Source: an uncultured Verrucomicrobiae bacterium (GTDB lineage: Bacteria; Verrucomicrobiota; Verrucomicrobiia; Opitutales; Opitutaceae). From it: DNA of 64,000 nt. Below are positions 36,540-45,608 of this stretch, piece by piece; position 1 is the first letter of the stretch; every line of letters starts with the position of its first letter. The translations under genes and the position numbers were made by a program. Below the pieces are notes generated by a model, which saw only the letters and a program-made list of their open reading frames with translations, was not told where the DNA came from and made no database searches. The stretch spans positions 88,120 through 152,119 of the forward strand of contig CAWHOL010000021.1 of NCBI GenBank assembly GCA_963830965.1, in the 5' to 3' direction.

Positions 36540-37715
36540 ATGAACCGAAGAAATTTCCTCTCCCAGGCGGCCACGCTCGTCGCCGCGGGCGCCGTCATCC
36601 CCAGGGCCCTTGCGGCAGCGGGGCAGGACGCGCCCCCGGCGCCCGCCAGCGGGATGACCTACGCCCCGAAGGGCGCCTTCCGCCCCGTCGTCAAGCCCGG
36701 CGAATTCCCGATCGGCGTCGCGCACCTGGACCACGGGCACATCTACGGGATGTGCAACGGGCTCACCGAGGCCGGGGCCACGGTCAAGTGGGTCTTCGAT
36801 CCGGACGAGGCGAAGGTGCGGGCCTTCACGGCCAGGTACCCCCAGGCGAGGGTGGCCCGCTCGCTTGACGAGATTCTCGCGGACGCCGGGACGAGGCTCG
36901 TGGCGGCGGCGGCCGTGACCTCGCTGCGCGGGCCCCTGGGCTGCCGCGTCATGGAGGGCGGCAAGGACTACTTCACCGACAAGGCGCCGTTCACCACGCT
37001 TGAGCAGCTCGAGGACGCCCGGGCCGTCGTCGCGCGCACGGGGCGCAAGTACATGGTCTATTACAGCGAGCGCCTGCACAATGAGTCGGCGATGTACGCC
37101 CTCGACCTGATCCAGGGGGGCGCCCTCGGCAGGATCATCCAGGTCACCTCGATCGCGCCGCACCGGCTCAGCAAGGCGTCGCGCCCCGCATGGTTCTTCG
37201 AGCGGGCGAAGTACGGCGGAATCCTCTGCGACATCGGCAGCCACCAGTTTGAGCAGTACCTCGCCTACACCGGCGCCACCGAGGCCACGATCACGCAGGC
37301 CGTGGTTGCGAACATCGCCAACCCCGACCATCCCGAGTTTGAGGACTACGGCGAAGCCTCGCTGCTCGGTGACAATGCGACGTCCAACTACATCCGGGTC
37401 GACTGGTTCACGCCGGACGGCCTGAGCACCTGGGGCGACGGCAGGACATTCATCCTGGGGACGAAGGGGTTCATCGAGCTGCGCAAGTACGTCGATCTCG
37501 CCCGCGACAAGGCGGGCGACCACGTCTACATGGCCGACGGCCAGGGCGAGCGCCGGATCGATGTGGCGGGCAAGGTGGGATACCGCTTTTTCGGGGAGCT
37601 TATCCTCGACTGCCTGAACCGTACGGAGAAGGCGATGACCCAGGCGCACGCGTTCAAGGCGGCCGAGCTCGCGCTCCGCGCGCAGAATGCGGCGCGGCGG
37701 ATGGGCGCCTGCTAG
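36540..37715 (+). CDS. Gfo/Idh/MocA-like oxidoreductase with a TAT-type signal
   Basis: Internal ATG of ORF 36441..37715 (MNRRNFLSQAATLVAAGAV...). It has a Gfo/Idh/MocA-like fold pattern. Confidence 0.75.
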   Translation: MNRRNFLSQAATLVAAGAVIPRALAAAGQDAPPAPASGMTYAPKGAFRPVVKPGEFPIGVAHLDHGHIYGMCNGLTEAGATVKWVFDPDEAKVRAFTARYPQARVARSLDEILADAGTRLVAAAAVTSLRGPLGCRVMEGGKDYFTDKAPFTTLEQLEDARAVVARTGRKYMVYYSERLHNESAMYALDLIQGGALGRIIQVTSIAPHRLSKASRPAWFFERAKYGGILCDIGSHQFEQYLAYTGATEATITQAVVANIANPDHPEFEDYGEASLLGDNATSNYIRVDWFTPDGLSTWGDGRTFILGTKGFIELRKYVDLARDKAGDHVYMADGQGERRIDVAGKVGYRFFGELILDCLNRTEKAMTQAHAFKAAELALRAQNAARRMGAC

Positions 37716-38125
37716 GGCGCCTCCTCGTCGGCCTCGAGGACCGAGAACACCGTCTCCAAATTCCGCGCCGAGAGATGCCGGTAGGTCGTCGAAAGGCCGA
37801 CCGGCAGGCGATCGGCCAAAGGGAACCCGGGCCGCCCGAGGTTGACCGCGACGTGGTTCCACGCGGCGATCTGGACGTCGCCGGCCGATGGAAGCGACGC
37901 GAACCAGAGGGCCGCCTCCTCGTCCGCCAGGCCGGCGGCGCGGACGATATCCTCGCGCGAGAGCCCGAAGAAGGTGAGGAATTCCGAGTCGACGCTGGAG
38001 GGCTGGCAGAAGCGCCCCGCGTACTCCGCGGGCAATCTCCCCGAGGCGAGGAGCCTGGCCTTCTCAAGGATGCGGGGAAGCCAGATGCATCCGGCGAGCG
38101 TGTCGGTCGGCCTCGGCAGCTTCAT
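37712..38125 (-). CDS. DUF5069-like protein
   Basis: ORF 37712..38125. The sequence ...LAGCIWLPRILEKARL...LPAEY...EFLTFFGLS... resembles the DUF5069 pattern as I remember it. Confidence 0.55.
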   Translation of the reverse strand: MKLPRPTDTLAGCIWLPRILEKARLLASGRLPAEYAGRFCQPSSVDSEFLTFFGLSREDIVRAAGLADEEAALWFASLPSAGDVQIAAWNHVAVNLGRPGFPLADRLPVGLSTTYRHLSARNLETVFSVLEADEEAP

Positions 38126-38493
38126 GGCTTATGCGGCCTTCCGTCGGCCCCGTCCATCAGCTTGGCCACGAGCTTCGCGGCCCGGGTGATCAGGAAAAGG
38201 CCGGCGCCCCAGTAAAGGAGGAACCGCAGGAGGCACCCGGCAAGGTCGAGCTGCGCGGCAAGCCGGTCGTCCGCCGCCGGGTGGGGGGCCTCGAAGTTCC
38301 GCCAGTAGGAATGGAAATAGGTCAGGTTGACCATGCCGTAAAACAGGAGAATGAGGCCCTGCACCCTGACCAGCGCGACCACGGCAGAAACCAGGGTGTG
38401 GGAACGCCCGGGGACGCGCGCGGCCTCCGCCGGAGCGGCTTGGGTTTCGGGGGCTTTCGAGAGGGGATCGGGCATGGCGTCGGGGTGGTTCAA
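38122..38493 (-). CDS. Small hypothetical membrane protein (two predicted TM helices)
   Basis: ORF 38122..38493. It has hydrophobic segments (LVSAVVALVRVQGLILLFYGMV and LLRFLLYWGAGLFLI). Its stop overlaps the DUF5069 start. Confidence 0.5.
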   Translation of the reverse strand: MNHPDAMPDPLSKAPETQAAPAEAARVPGRSHTLVSAVVALVRVQGLILLFYGMVNLTYFHSYWRNFEAPHPAADDRLAAQLDLAGCLLRFLLYWGAGLFLITRAAKLVAKLMDGADGRPHKP

Positions 38494-38539
38494 TTCCGAT
38501 CCCGGGCAAATTGCAAACCGTGCGCTGGCTCCACGGCCG

Positions 38540-38981
38540 TCAGCCCGCCGGCCTCGCGTATGCGGGCCGCTTGAGGATTTCCATCAGCGACTCGGGCCTT
38601 CGCACGGGGGTGAAGCCATGCTTCTCGTAGAGCTTGTGCGCGTCGCGGGTCGCGAGGATGAAGCGGCGAAGTCCCTGCAGATCGGGATGCGCCGCGATGG
38701 CCCCGAGCATCCACGAGGCGAGGCCCCGGCCGCGGTGCTCCTCGAGGACGTAGACGTCGCAGAGGTAGGCGAAGATCGTCAGGTCGGACACGATCGCGGG
38801 CAAAGCCCACCTGATCGCCCCTGTGGAACACCCCGACGCACAGCGAATTCGCGATCGAGCGCTCCACCAGCGAGAGCGGAATCCCCTGGGACCAGTAGGA
38901 GCGCACGAGGTAGGCGTGGATGCGCTCGGCCTGCTGGGCCGAGCGCGAGAAATCAAGCGTGTAGTCACCGCGGGTTTCCAT
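38540..38981 (-). CDS. GNAT-family N-acetyltransferase (frame break near 38791-38800 as assembled)
   Basis: The N-terminal half (METRGDYTLDF...VGVFHRGDQVGFAR) is in the frame of ORF 38490..39347. The C-terminal half (IVSDLTIFAYLCDVYVLEEHRGRGLASWML..., the acetyl-CoA motif A R-G-x-G) is in the frame of ORF 38540..39046. The span is 3n+1. Confidence 0.8.
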
Positions 38982-39060
38982 GCGTCTGGCGCAGTATCCT
39001 GAGCCCCGGAGCGCCCGGGCGCGAATCTTTCCCAAGCAAAACCCATGCGAAGGGGGCCGC

Positions 39061-39963
39061 CTAGAGGAAGCGGCCCACGGACGAGGCAAAGGACTCAACC
39101 GCCGACCACCCGGTCCGCTCCTTGAACCGGCTCGAATCGACGGGCTGGCTCGCATACATGCGCTCCACGGCGTCCGCAGGCAGCGACTGCTCCCAGTGCG
39201 CGCGCGGCTTCCTTGTGACGCGCCCGGATCCCAGCCGGGAGGCCAGGGACTCGTAAAACTCGATTGCGCCGACCGGAGCGTCCTCGGCCACGACGAAGAA
39301 ATCGCCCGGGCGGCCGCGCCGCAGGAGTGCGAGGTACGCGCGCGCAAGGTCCCCCGCCTCGATGACGGACCACTGCACAGACGGGTCGTCGATCACCTCG
39401 ATGTCCCCCGACCTCAGGCGGTCCGCCGCGTCCCTCAGGGCCCCTTCAGCCCCGTAGACCACGCTTGGAGGGCAGAGCTGCGCCCACCCGTCCCCCGTCC
39501 GCTGCCTGAGCTCCGCGACGAGCGAAGCCCGCCCCCTCGCCGCCTCGAAGGGGTTCAATGGAGTCGATTCGCTGATCCGCCGGCCGGACCCGACCGCGCC
39601 GAAGATCCAGACGCCGCTTGTATAGACCATGAGTCTCGTGGCGGCGCTCCGCAGGAGCTCGAGATTGGCGACGGCAGCCCGGTCGAGCCGGTCGATCTCC
39701 TCGTTTGAGTGGCGGCGCGAGTCGGCCTGGGCGATGTGGACCACGTAATGGTAGGGGCGGCGGTCCCGAAGCTCCTCGAAGAGGCCGCGGTCTTCCATGG
39801 CGCCCCGTACCGGAAGGCCGCCAAGGCTCGCGACCAGGGACTCCGCCGCCCCGGAGCGCGCCAGGCAATGGACCTCGAATTCCCCGGTCGCTGCGAGGGC
39901 CCTGAGGACCGGCTTTCCCAGGGTTCCGGAGGCCCCGGTCAGAAAGATGTTCTGCTTGCCCAT
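39061..39963 (-). CDS. NAD-dependent epimerase/dehydratase-family protein
   Basis: ORF 39061..39963. It has the N-terminal Rossmann motif FLTGASGTLG and an extended-SDR layout. Confidence 0.8.
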   Translation of the reverse strand: MGKQNIFLTGASGTLGKPVLRALAATGEFEVHCLARSGAAESLVASLGGLPVRGAMEDRGLFEELRDRRPYHYVVHIAQADSRRHSNEEIDRLDRAAVANLELLRSAATRLMVYTSGVWIFGAVGSGRRISESTPLNPFEAARGRASLVAELRQRTGDGWAQLCPPSVVYGAEGALRDAADRLRSGDIEVIDDPSVQWSVIEAGDLARAYLALLRRGRPGDFFVVAEDAPVGAIEFYESLASRLGSGRVTRKPRAHWEQSLPADAVERMYASQPVDSSRFKERTGWSAVESFASSVGRFL

Positions 39964-40006
39964 GCTGCGGGCCCCGGGAGCCGGACGGCGAATCCTCCAG
40001 GGCCCC

Positions 40007-40648
40007 TCATTCGGGCCCCTTTCCGGGACGGGCCGACCCCCAATTGTAGTTGAAGCTCACGCTGATCCGCTCCCCCTCGACCCGGTTCTGCGCGACCTCG
40101 TGCCTGAGCCAGCTCTCAAAAAGGATGAGGCCCCCGGCTCGCGCCGGGTACGTCACATGGGTCCGGTTCAAGGCGCGCGCCTTCGGAAGGCGGGGCGGGG
40201 CGGCCATGAACCGGTCGAGCCTCGGGTCCTCGAACTTGAGCCCCGGGCACCCCTCCGGCGTCGAGACGTAATAGGTGCCGCTCACGAAGGAGAGCGGGTG
40301 AAGGTGGAGCGAGTGGGCCGCGGCCGTCGGCATGATGTTGACCCAGAAGTCCGTCATCCGGATCTCGCTGCCCCGCAGATCCAGCTCGAGCGCGCGGGCG
40401 AACCTGCGGACGTGGCGGGTGATCCGGCGTTCAAGGAGCGCGAACGTGCTTGAGAACCGGTGGAGCTCGTTGAGCGATGCGTAGCTCGTGTAGCCGCCGG
40501 GGTAGTTCGTCCTCGACCACGCCCGGCCGGCCCGGTCGAAATCCCTGAGCGCGCGGCATTCCTTGGCGAGCTCCGCATTGAATCTGCCGAGGCCCGATGG
40601 GGTGAGCGGTTCGGAATAGATGAGCGTCGGGAACCAGGCGCGGATCAT
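40007..40648 (-). CDS. TIGR02466 / 2OG-Fe(II) oxygenase-like family protein
   Basis: ORF 40007..40648. It has ...FPTLIY..., a metal-site-like segment ...HSLHLHPLSFVSGTYYV, and ...LILFESWLRHEV..., which is characteristic of the PF13759/TIGR02466 family. Confidence 0.7.
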   Translation of the reverse strand: MIRAWFPTLIYSEPLTPSGLGRFNAELAKECRALRDFDRAGRAWSRTNYPGGYTSYASLNELHRFSSTFALLERRITRHVRRFARALELDLRGSEIRMTDFWVNIMPTAAAHSLHLHPLSFVSGTYYVSTPEGCPGLKFEDPRLDRFMAAPPRLPKARALNRTHVTYPARAGGLILFESWLRHEVAQNRVEGERISVSFNYNWGSARPGKGPE

Positions 40649-40805
40649 CGCGGGCCCCCCCGAACCGCGGATCCGCGGCCCTCCATTCGCTTCGCTCGGT
40701 CGCGGGGCGCCGGCGCACCCCTCCGTGCTGGGTCTCGTTCCATGGGCGTGATCGTGCCGCCGGCCGACCCCGGCGCAAATCCGAAAGGGGCTCGGGTGCG
40801 GCGGA

Positions 40806-42236
40806 TCAGTCGTCCTTCTCGGGCGCCTTGGGAGGCGCCGCCATCGCCGCCCCGTCTTTGGGCCGAAGGCGCCTGAAAAGGAACGATGTGCCGATCGTCA
40901 TCAATCCGAGCGTCAGAAACGTCCAATGGATTCCCGAGATCATTCCCGCCGGGCCGGGCCGGTGCTCCCCGCCGAGGAAAAGGACGGCCAGGAGCGAGGC
41001 GACCGCCACCCCGAAGCTCATCGACATCTGCTGGACCGTGCTCGAGATGCTGCTCCCGGGGCTTGCGTCGGCGTCCGAGAGGTCGGCGAACACGAGCGTG
41101 TTGATCGAGGTGAACTGCATGGAGGAGACGAACCCGAGGGCGAAGGCCATGAGGACGATCTGCGTCACCGGGGTCCCTGCGCCGACCGTCATGAAGAGGA
41201 TGATCAGCGAGCCGATGGCCGTCGTGTTGAAGATCAGCACGCGCCGATAGCCGAACCGGTTCAGGATCTTCGGCATCAGCATCTTCATGCTCATGGCGGC
41301 GAGAGGCTGGGGCATGATGAGGAGACCGGACTGGACGGGGGTGTAGCCAAGCCCCACCTGGTAGAGGAGCGGCAGGAGAAAGGGCATCCCGCCGACGCCG
41401 AGCCGGGTGGCGAAGCTTCCCACGACCGAGACGCGGAAGGTCCGCACGCGGAAGAGCCACAGCTTCAGGAGCGGATGCTCGGAACGGAGCGCATGGGTGG
41501 CGTAGGCGCCCAGGAGAAGGACCGAGAGCACCAGGAGGAAGACAATGCTCTTCACCCCGAGCGCATGCTCTCCGAAGATTTCGAGGACATATGAAAGCAG
41601 GGCGACGCCCGATCCGAAGAGGATGAGGCCCACAAAGTCGATCGGAACGCTTTTTTCGGCACGGTAATTTGGCATGTGCCTGAAAACAAGATACATACCC
41701 ATGAGCCCCATCGGGATATTGACGAAAAAGATCATTCGCCAGTGGAGGTATCCGACGATCAGGCCGCCGGCCAGGGGCCCAATCAGGGGGCCGATGAGCC
41801 CGGGGATCGCGACAAAGCTCATCGCGCGCACGAGCTCCGAACGGGGAAAGGTCCTCACCATCGTGATGCGGCCGACCGGCATCATGAGCGCCCCGCCGCA
41901 TCCCTGGAGGATGCGCGCGCCGACGAGCATCGGCATGTTGACCGAGAGCCCGCAGACGAGCGAGCCGACCGAGAAGACGCCGATGGCGGTGAAGAAAACC
42001 CACCGCGTGCCGTAGCGGTCCGCGATCCAGCCGCTGATCGGGATGAATACGGCGAGGCTTAGCGTGTAGCTCGTGAGCGCCGCTTTCATGCTCAGCGGCG
42101 CAATGCCGAGCGCATCGGCGATGGTCGGAACCGCCGTGTTCAGGATCGTCGTGTCGAGCGACTCCATGAAGAAGGCGACGGCGACCAGCCACGGGAGAAG
42201 CCGTTTTGCGGTTTCCATGGGCAAGGGTGCGGTCAT
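40806..42236 (-). CDS. MFS transporter, DHA2 (EmrB/QacA-like, 14-TMS) family
   Basis: Internal ATG of ORF 40806..42428 (MTAPLPMETAKRLLPWLVAVAFFMESLDTTILNTAVPTIA...SGWIADRYGTR). The start could also be 42218. Confidence 0.85.
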   Translation of the reverse strand: MTAPLPMETAKRLLPWLVAVAFFMESLDTTILNTAVPTIADALGIAPLSMKAALTSYTLSLAVFIPISGWIADRYGTRWVFFTAIGVFSVGSLVCGLSVNMPMLVGARILQGCGGALMMPVGRITMVRTFPRSELVRAMSFVAIPGLIGPLIGPLAGGLIVGYLHWRMIFFVNIPMGLMGMYLVFRHMPNYRAEKSVPIDFVGLILFGSGVALLSYVLEIFGEHALGVKSIVFLLVLSVLLLGAYATHALRSEHPLLKLWLFRVRTFRVSVVGSFATRLGVGGMPFLLPLLYQVGLGYTPVQSGLLIMPQPLAAMSMKMLMPKILNRFGYRRVLIFNTTAIGSLIILFMTVGAGTPVTQIVLMAFALGFVSSMQFTSINTLVFADLSDADASPGSSISSTVQQMSMSFGVAVASLLAVLFLGGEHRPGPAGMISGIHWTFLTLGLMTIGTSFLFRRLRPKDGAAMAAPPKAPEKDD

Positions 42237-42535
42237 GCTGGGGCCTCGATGGGAATGGCTTCCGGGGAGCAATGCAACCTGCGGCCCCGGGGTTCGCGCT
42301 GGCACAGGCCGTGCTGATCGTGGGCGCCATGTCGCGAAGCCCATCCTTGGCCGAGCCGGAGCCCGCCGCGAAACGGCAGCGGGCCATGGGGGGAATACCT
42401 TACTGCCTGAATCCCCATGACATGCCAATCGATCCCGAATGAATCGCTTGAAAATCGCTTGCGTCGCAGCCCCGGCGTAGAGGAAACTCCGGGGCGTCTG
42501 TCACCACCGGACGCGAACCGTGCACCTCTGACTAC

Positions 42536-44248
42536 ATGGACGACGACGCTTCCAAGGCCAATCCGACAGCGGATTTCAACAAAATCGACTTAAGCCAACT
42601 TCAGGGCTTCAGCTTTGGAACACAATGGGCCAAGGACAAGGACTCGCCGTCCCAGGTCAGGGAGCATTCGGACCGCCCGCACCGCGACGACCGGGCGGCG
42701 GGGCCGGGCGGACCCGACCGCCGGGATCGGCGCGCCTTCCGCAAGCCGGCGGGTGAGGGCCCCTCGGGCCCGCCCAGGGAGCCCGCACAGGACCGCGGAC
42801 CCCGGAGGGAGTCCGGGGAATACTCCGGCCAGCGGCGAAGCGGTCCGGAAATGGACCGCCGGGAGCGCCAGGACCGCGGACCCTACGACAGCCCCTATTT
42901 CAACGCGGCCTTTTTCCCGGAGGACACGAGCTTCAACGCCTTGGTGAAGACCATCCGGACTTCGGCCCGCACGATCGAGCTTTTTGAGATCGCCCGGACC
43001 GTCCTCGGAAAGCTCGACCGGTTCGTCGTCGTCGTGGCGAGGAAGCCGCGCGCGGGCGACCCGGCGGGCGCCGCGCCGCAGCCCCTCTTTGTCTCGGTGC
43101 CCGACGGCGTGCCCTTTGAGACCGAGGACGCCGCCGTCTCCTACGTCATCAGCACGTACCTCGACACCTTCTTCACCCGGGCCGACGTCGAGGTCGAGCC
43201 GCCCAAGGGAAATTATCTGGTGATCAACCGCTGCGGGGTGACCGGGGAACTCCTCGGGCCGCCGAATTACCACCGCTACAGCCAGATCATGCAGCAGCAT
43301 TTCGCGGCCAAGGTGAGCCGGATGCCGTTCGAGGCGTTCAGGGCGAGGATCGAGACGGTGCGCGATCCGGAGGTCGTGAAGGAGTGGCTCGAGAAGATGA
43401 AGAAGGTGACCCGCTATACCAGCAAGGCCCCGGTACCGGAGGGCCAGACTGCGCCCAGCTTCGACAGCCTTGAGGACGCGAAGGCCTACCTGCTCGCCAA
43501 CGCCCGCGACAGCGTGGTGAAGGCCGTGGACCATGCCCGATTCCATGGCAAGGTCCTCGAGACCATGCCCCGGGGCGAGATCCTGATGGCGATCGAGGGC
43601 GCCTATGAGCGCCAGCTTCGCTTCCCCCTCGATACGGCCAACCAATTGCGCGGCCGGCTGCGCCGGGAGCACTTCACGATATTCAAGAAAGGCTCGAAGG
43701 GCGTGTCGTACGTGTGCGCCGTCAAGCGCAAGTTCCGCGTGCCCGGGCAGGTCTTCGGCGAAAGCATCGGCCGGCTCATCACCTTCATCGAGGAGCATCC
43801 GCTGGTCAAGGCGGGGGAGCTCGCCTCGAAGATGCTCGGAATCGACGTGCCCGCGGAGGGGGCCTCGTACACGCTCGAGCAGAAGGAGAAGATCATGCGC
43901 ACCCAGGGCGACCTGATCTGGCTGGTGCGCGAGGGCTACGTGACCGAATTCATCGACGGGGGGCTCTATGCGCCGCCGCCGATGGTCGAGGCGCGCAAGA
44001 AGGAGGTCGAGGCCGAGGACATCGACCCCGAGAACTTTCCCGAGGCGCCGCGCCCTGCGGCCGAGCCGCCCGCTCCCCAGGCCGGCCCGGCCGAGGTTGC
44101 GGCCGCCGAGGCCCCGGTCTCGGAGGTCCCGGCGCCCGCAGCGGCCGCGCCCGAGGCTCCGGCCCCGAACGGCGTCCCCCAGGAGGCGCCGGCCCCGGTC
44201 GCCGCCGAGCCGAGCGCGCCCCCTCCCACCGAGCCGTCGGTCGCCTAG
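42536..44248 (+). CDS. Conserved-looking hypothetical protein (570 aa): folded core flanked by an Arg/Asp/Gly-rich N-terminal region and a Pro/Ala-rich C-terminal region
   Basis: ORF 42536..44248. It has strong coding GC3, and the core (about aa 120-480) is non-repetitive. I recognise no family. Confidence 0.7.
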   Translation: MDDDASKANPTADFNKIDLSQLQGFSFGTQWAKDKDSPSQVREHSDRPHRDDRAAGPGGPDRRDRRAFRKPAGEGPSGPPREPAQDRGPRRESGEYSGQRRSGPEMDRRERQDRGPYDSPYFNAAFFPEDTSFNALVKTIRTSARTIELFEIARTVLGKLDRFVVVVARKPRAGDPAGAAPQPLFVSVPDGVPFETEDAAVSYVISTYLDTFFTRADVEVEPPKGNYLVINRCGVTGELLGPPNYHRYSQIMQQHFAAKVSRMPFEAFRARIETVRDPEVVKEWLEKMKKVTRYTSKAPVPEGQTAPSFDSLEDAKAYLLANARDSVVKAVDHARFHGKVLETMPRGEILMAIEGAYERQLRFPLDTANQLRGRLRREHFTIFKKGSKGVSYVCAVKRKFRVPGQVFGESIGRLITFIEEHPLVKAGELASKMLGIDVPAEGASYTLEQKEKIMRTQGDLIWLVREGYVTEFIDGGLYAPPPMVEARKKEVEAEDIDPENFPEAPRPAAEPPAPQAGPAEVAAAEAPVSEVPAPAAAAPEAPAPNGVPQEAPAPVAAEPSAPPPTEPSVA

Positions 44249-44254
44249 CGGCGC

Positions 44255-44695
44255 CTAAACCAGGCGGATCGAATGGCCGCCGTCGGCCTCGATCCCGAGA
44301 TCAAGGTGGAAGGCGTCGCCCGCGATCCAGCCCCGAAGCCGCTCGGGCCATTCGACCGCGAGGCACCAGGGACTGACGAGGAACTCCTCGAGCAGGAGGT
44401 CCTCGGCCTCACCCGGGCCTCCGAGGCGGTATGCGTCGAGATGCGCAAGCATCCGGTTCCCCCCCCGGTGGATCGTGTAGATCGTATAGGTGGGGCTCGT
44501 CACGGGCTCCGTGATCCCGAAGCCCTGCGCAAGGCCCTGCACCCAGGTCGTCTTTCCCGCGCCCAGGTCGCCGTGGAGGGCGACGGTCGTATCCGGGGGA
44601 AGCTCCCAAGCCCACGCGCGCGCAAGGGCGCGCGTCTCCTCCGCCGACCGCGTCGTCACGCCGCCGCGCAGCTTATCGCAGATGTTCGTAGCCAC
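44255..44695 (-). CDS. tsaE: tRNA t6A37 biosynthesis ATPase TsaE (YjeE)
   Basis: ORF 44255..44695. It has the Walker A motif LHGDLGAGKTTWVQG, SPTYT and HLDAYRL, the hallmark TsaE motifs. Confidence 0.9.
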   Translation of the reverse strand: MATNICDKLRGGVTTRSAEETRALARAWAWELPPDTTVALHGDLGAGKTTWVQGLAQGFGITEPVTSPTYTIYTIHRGGNRMLAHLDAYRLGGPGEAEDLLLEEFLVSPWCLAVEWPERLRGWIAGDAFHLDLGIEADGGHSIRLV

Positions 44696-45608
44696 GGAGG
44701 TTGCCTAGCGTGAGCGCGTGGGGGGGGACCTGCCCCGCGCGGACAAACCGCCCGATGCAGGTGAGCCGGGTGCGCGGGAAGGCCCGGCTCCACGCCTTCT
44801 CGAAGGAGGGGCGCGCGGCGCCCGAGGCCAGGCCGAAGGCGAGCTCGTAATCCTCGCCGTCGCACAGGGCCTCGCGGAGGCTTGCGCCCGCGCGGAGCGG
44901 GAGCACGGGAGCAAAGAGCGCCGCCTCGGCCCCGCGCGGCGTCAGGGCCGGCAGGTCCTTCGCGAGTCCGTCGCTTAGGTCCATCAGGGAGCGGACCTCG
45001 GCGCGCCGGGCGAGCCACGCGCCCTCGGCAAGCCTCGGCGCGAAGCGGTGGTGGTGGCCGGTCGGCAGACTCCGCCCGAGGCTCCCCGTGACGTAGATCC
45101 AGTCGCCCGGCCTCGAGCCGGTGCGGGTGAGGATCCGGCCGGCCGCCTCGCCGGCCAGCGCGACCGTCGCCACGAACGAGCCCGGAAGCCTCGCCACGTC
45201 GCCCCCGACGATCGGGACACGGTAGCGGCGGCTTTCGCGGGCCATCCCCTTGTAGAACCGGGCGAGCCAGGCCAGCGACACCCTGCCGTCGAGCGCCAGC
45301 GCAACGACGGCCGCCCGGGGCCGTCCCCCCATCGCAGCGATATCGCTCAGGTTTCGCTTGAGGAGCTTGGCCCCGACGGCCCCGGGCGGCACCCGCCCGT
45401 CGAAGTGGATCCCGAGGACGACCGGATCGACCGTCAGGAGTTCGCGCCCCCGGCCCGGGCGGACGACGGCGCAGTCGTCGCCGATTCCGGCGGGCGCTCC
45501 GGGGCAGGCGCGGCCGAGCCAGCGCCGGATCCTAAGGATCAGCGCCGCCTCGCCGATCGAGGCCACCGATCCCTTGCGGCTTGCCGAGAATAGGGGCGGG
45601 TTCTTCAC
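44673..45608 (-). CDS. thiL: Thiamine-monophosphate kinase ThiL
   Basis: Part of ORF 44673..45773. The GTG start at 45608 overlaps the upstream stop (GTGA). It has IGDDCAV, the AIR-synthase-like fold, and VGGDV... motifs. Confidence 0.85.
   Translation of the reverse strand: MKNPPLFSASRKGSVASIGEAALILRIRRWLGRACPGAPAGIGDDCAVVRPGRGRELLTVDPVVLGIHFDGRVPPGAVGAKLLKRNLSDIAAMGGRPRAAVVALALDGRVSLAWLARFYKGMARESRRYRVPIVGGDVARLPGSFVATVALAGEAAGRILTRTGSRPGDWIYVTGSLGRSLPTGHHHRFAPRLAEGAWLARRAEVRSLMDLSDGLAKDLPALTPRGAEAALFAPVLPLRAGASLREALCDGEDYELAFGLASGAARPSFEKAWSRAFPRTRLTCIGRFVRAGQVPPHALTLGNLRGYEHLR

Noticed and set aside
40665-40678. Perfect 14-bp palindrome CCGCGGATCCGCGG upstream of the TIGR02466-family gene, downstream of the MFS gene
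   Set aside because: It could form only a 5-bp stem with a 4-nt loop, and no U-tract follows, so it is not a convincing intrinsic terminator. Short GC palindromes like this are expected by chance in such GC-rich DNA. There is no second copy to support an operator role.
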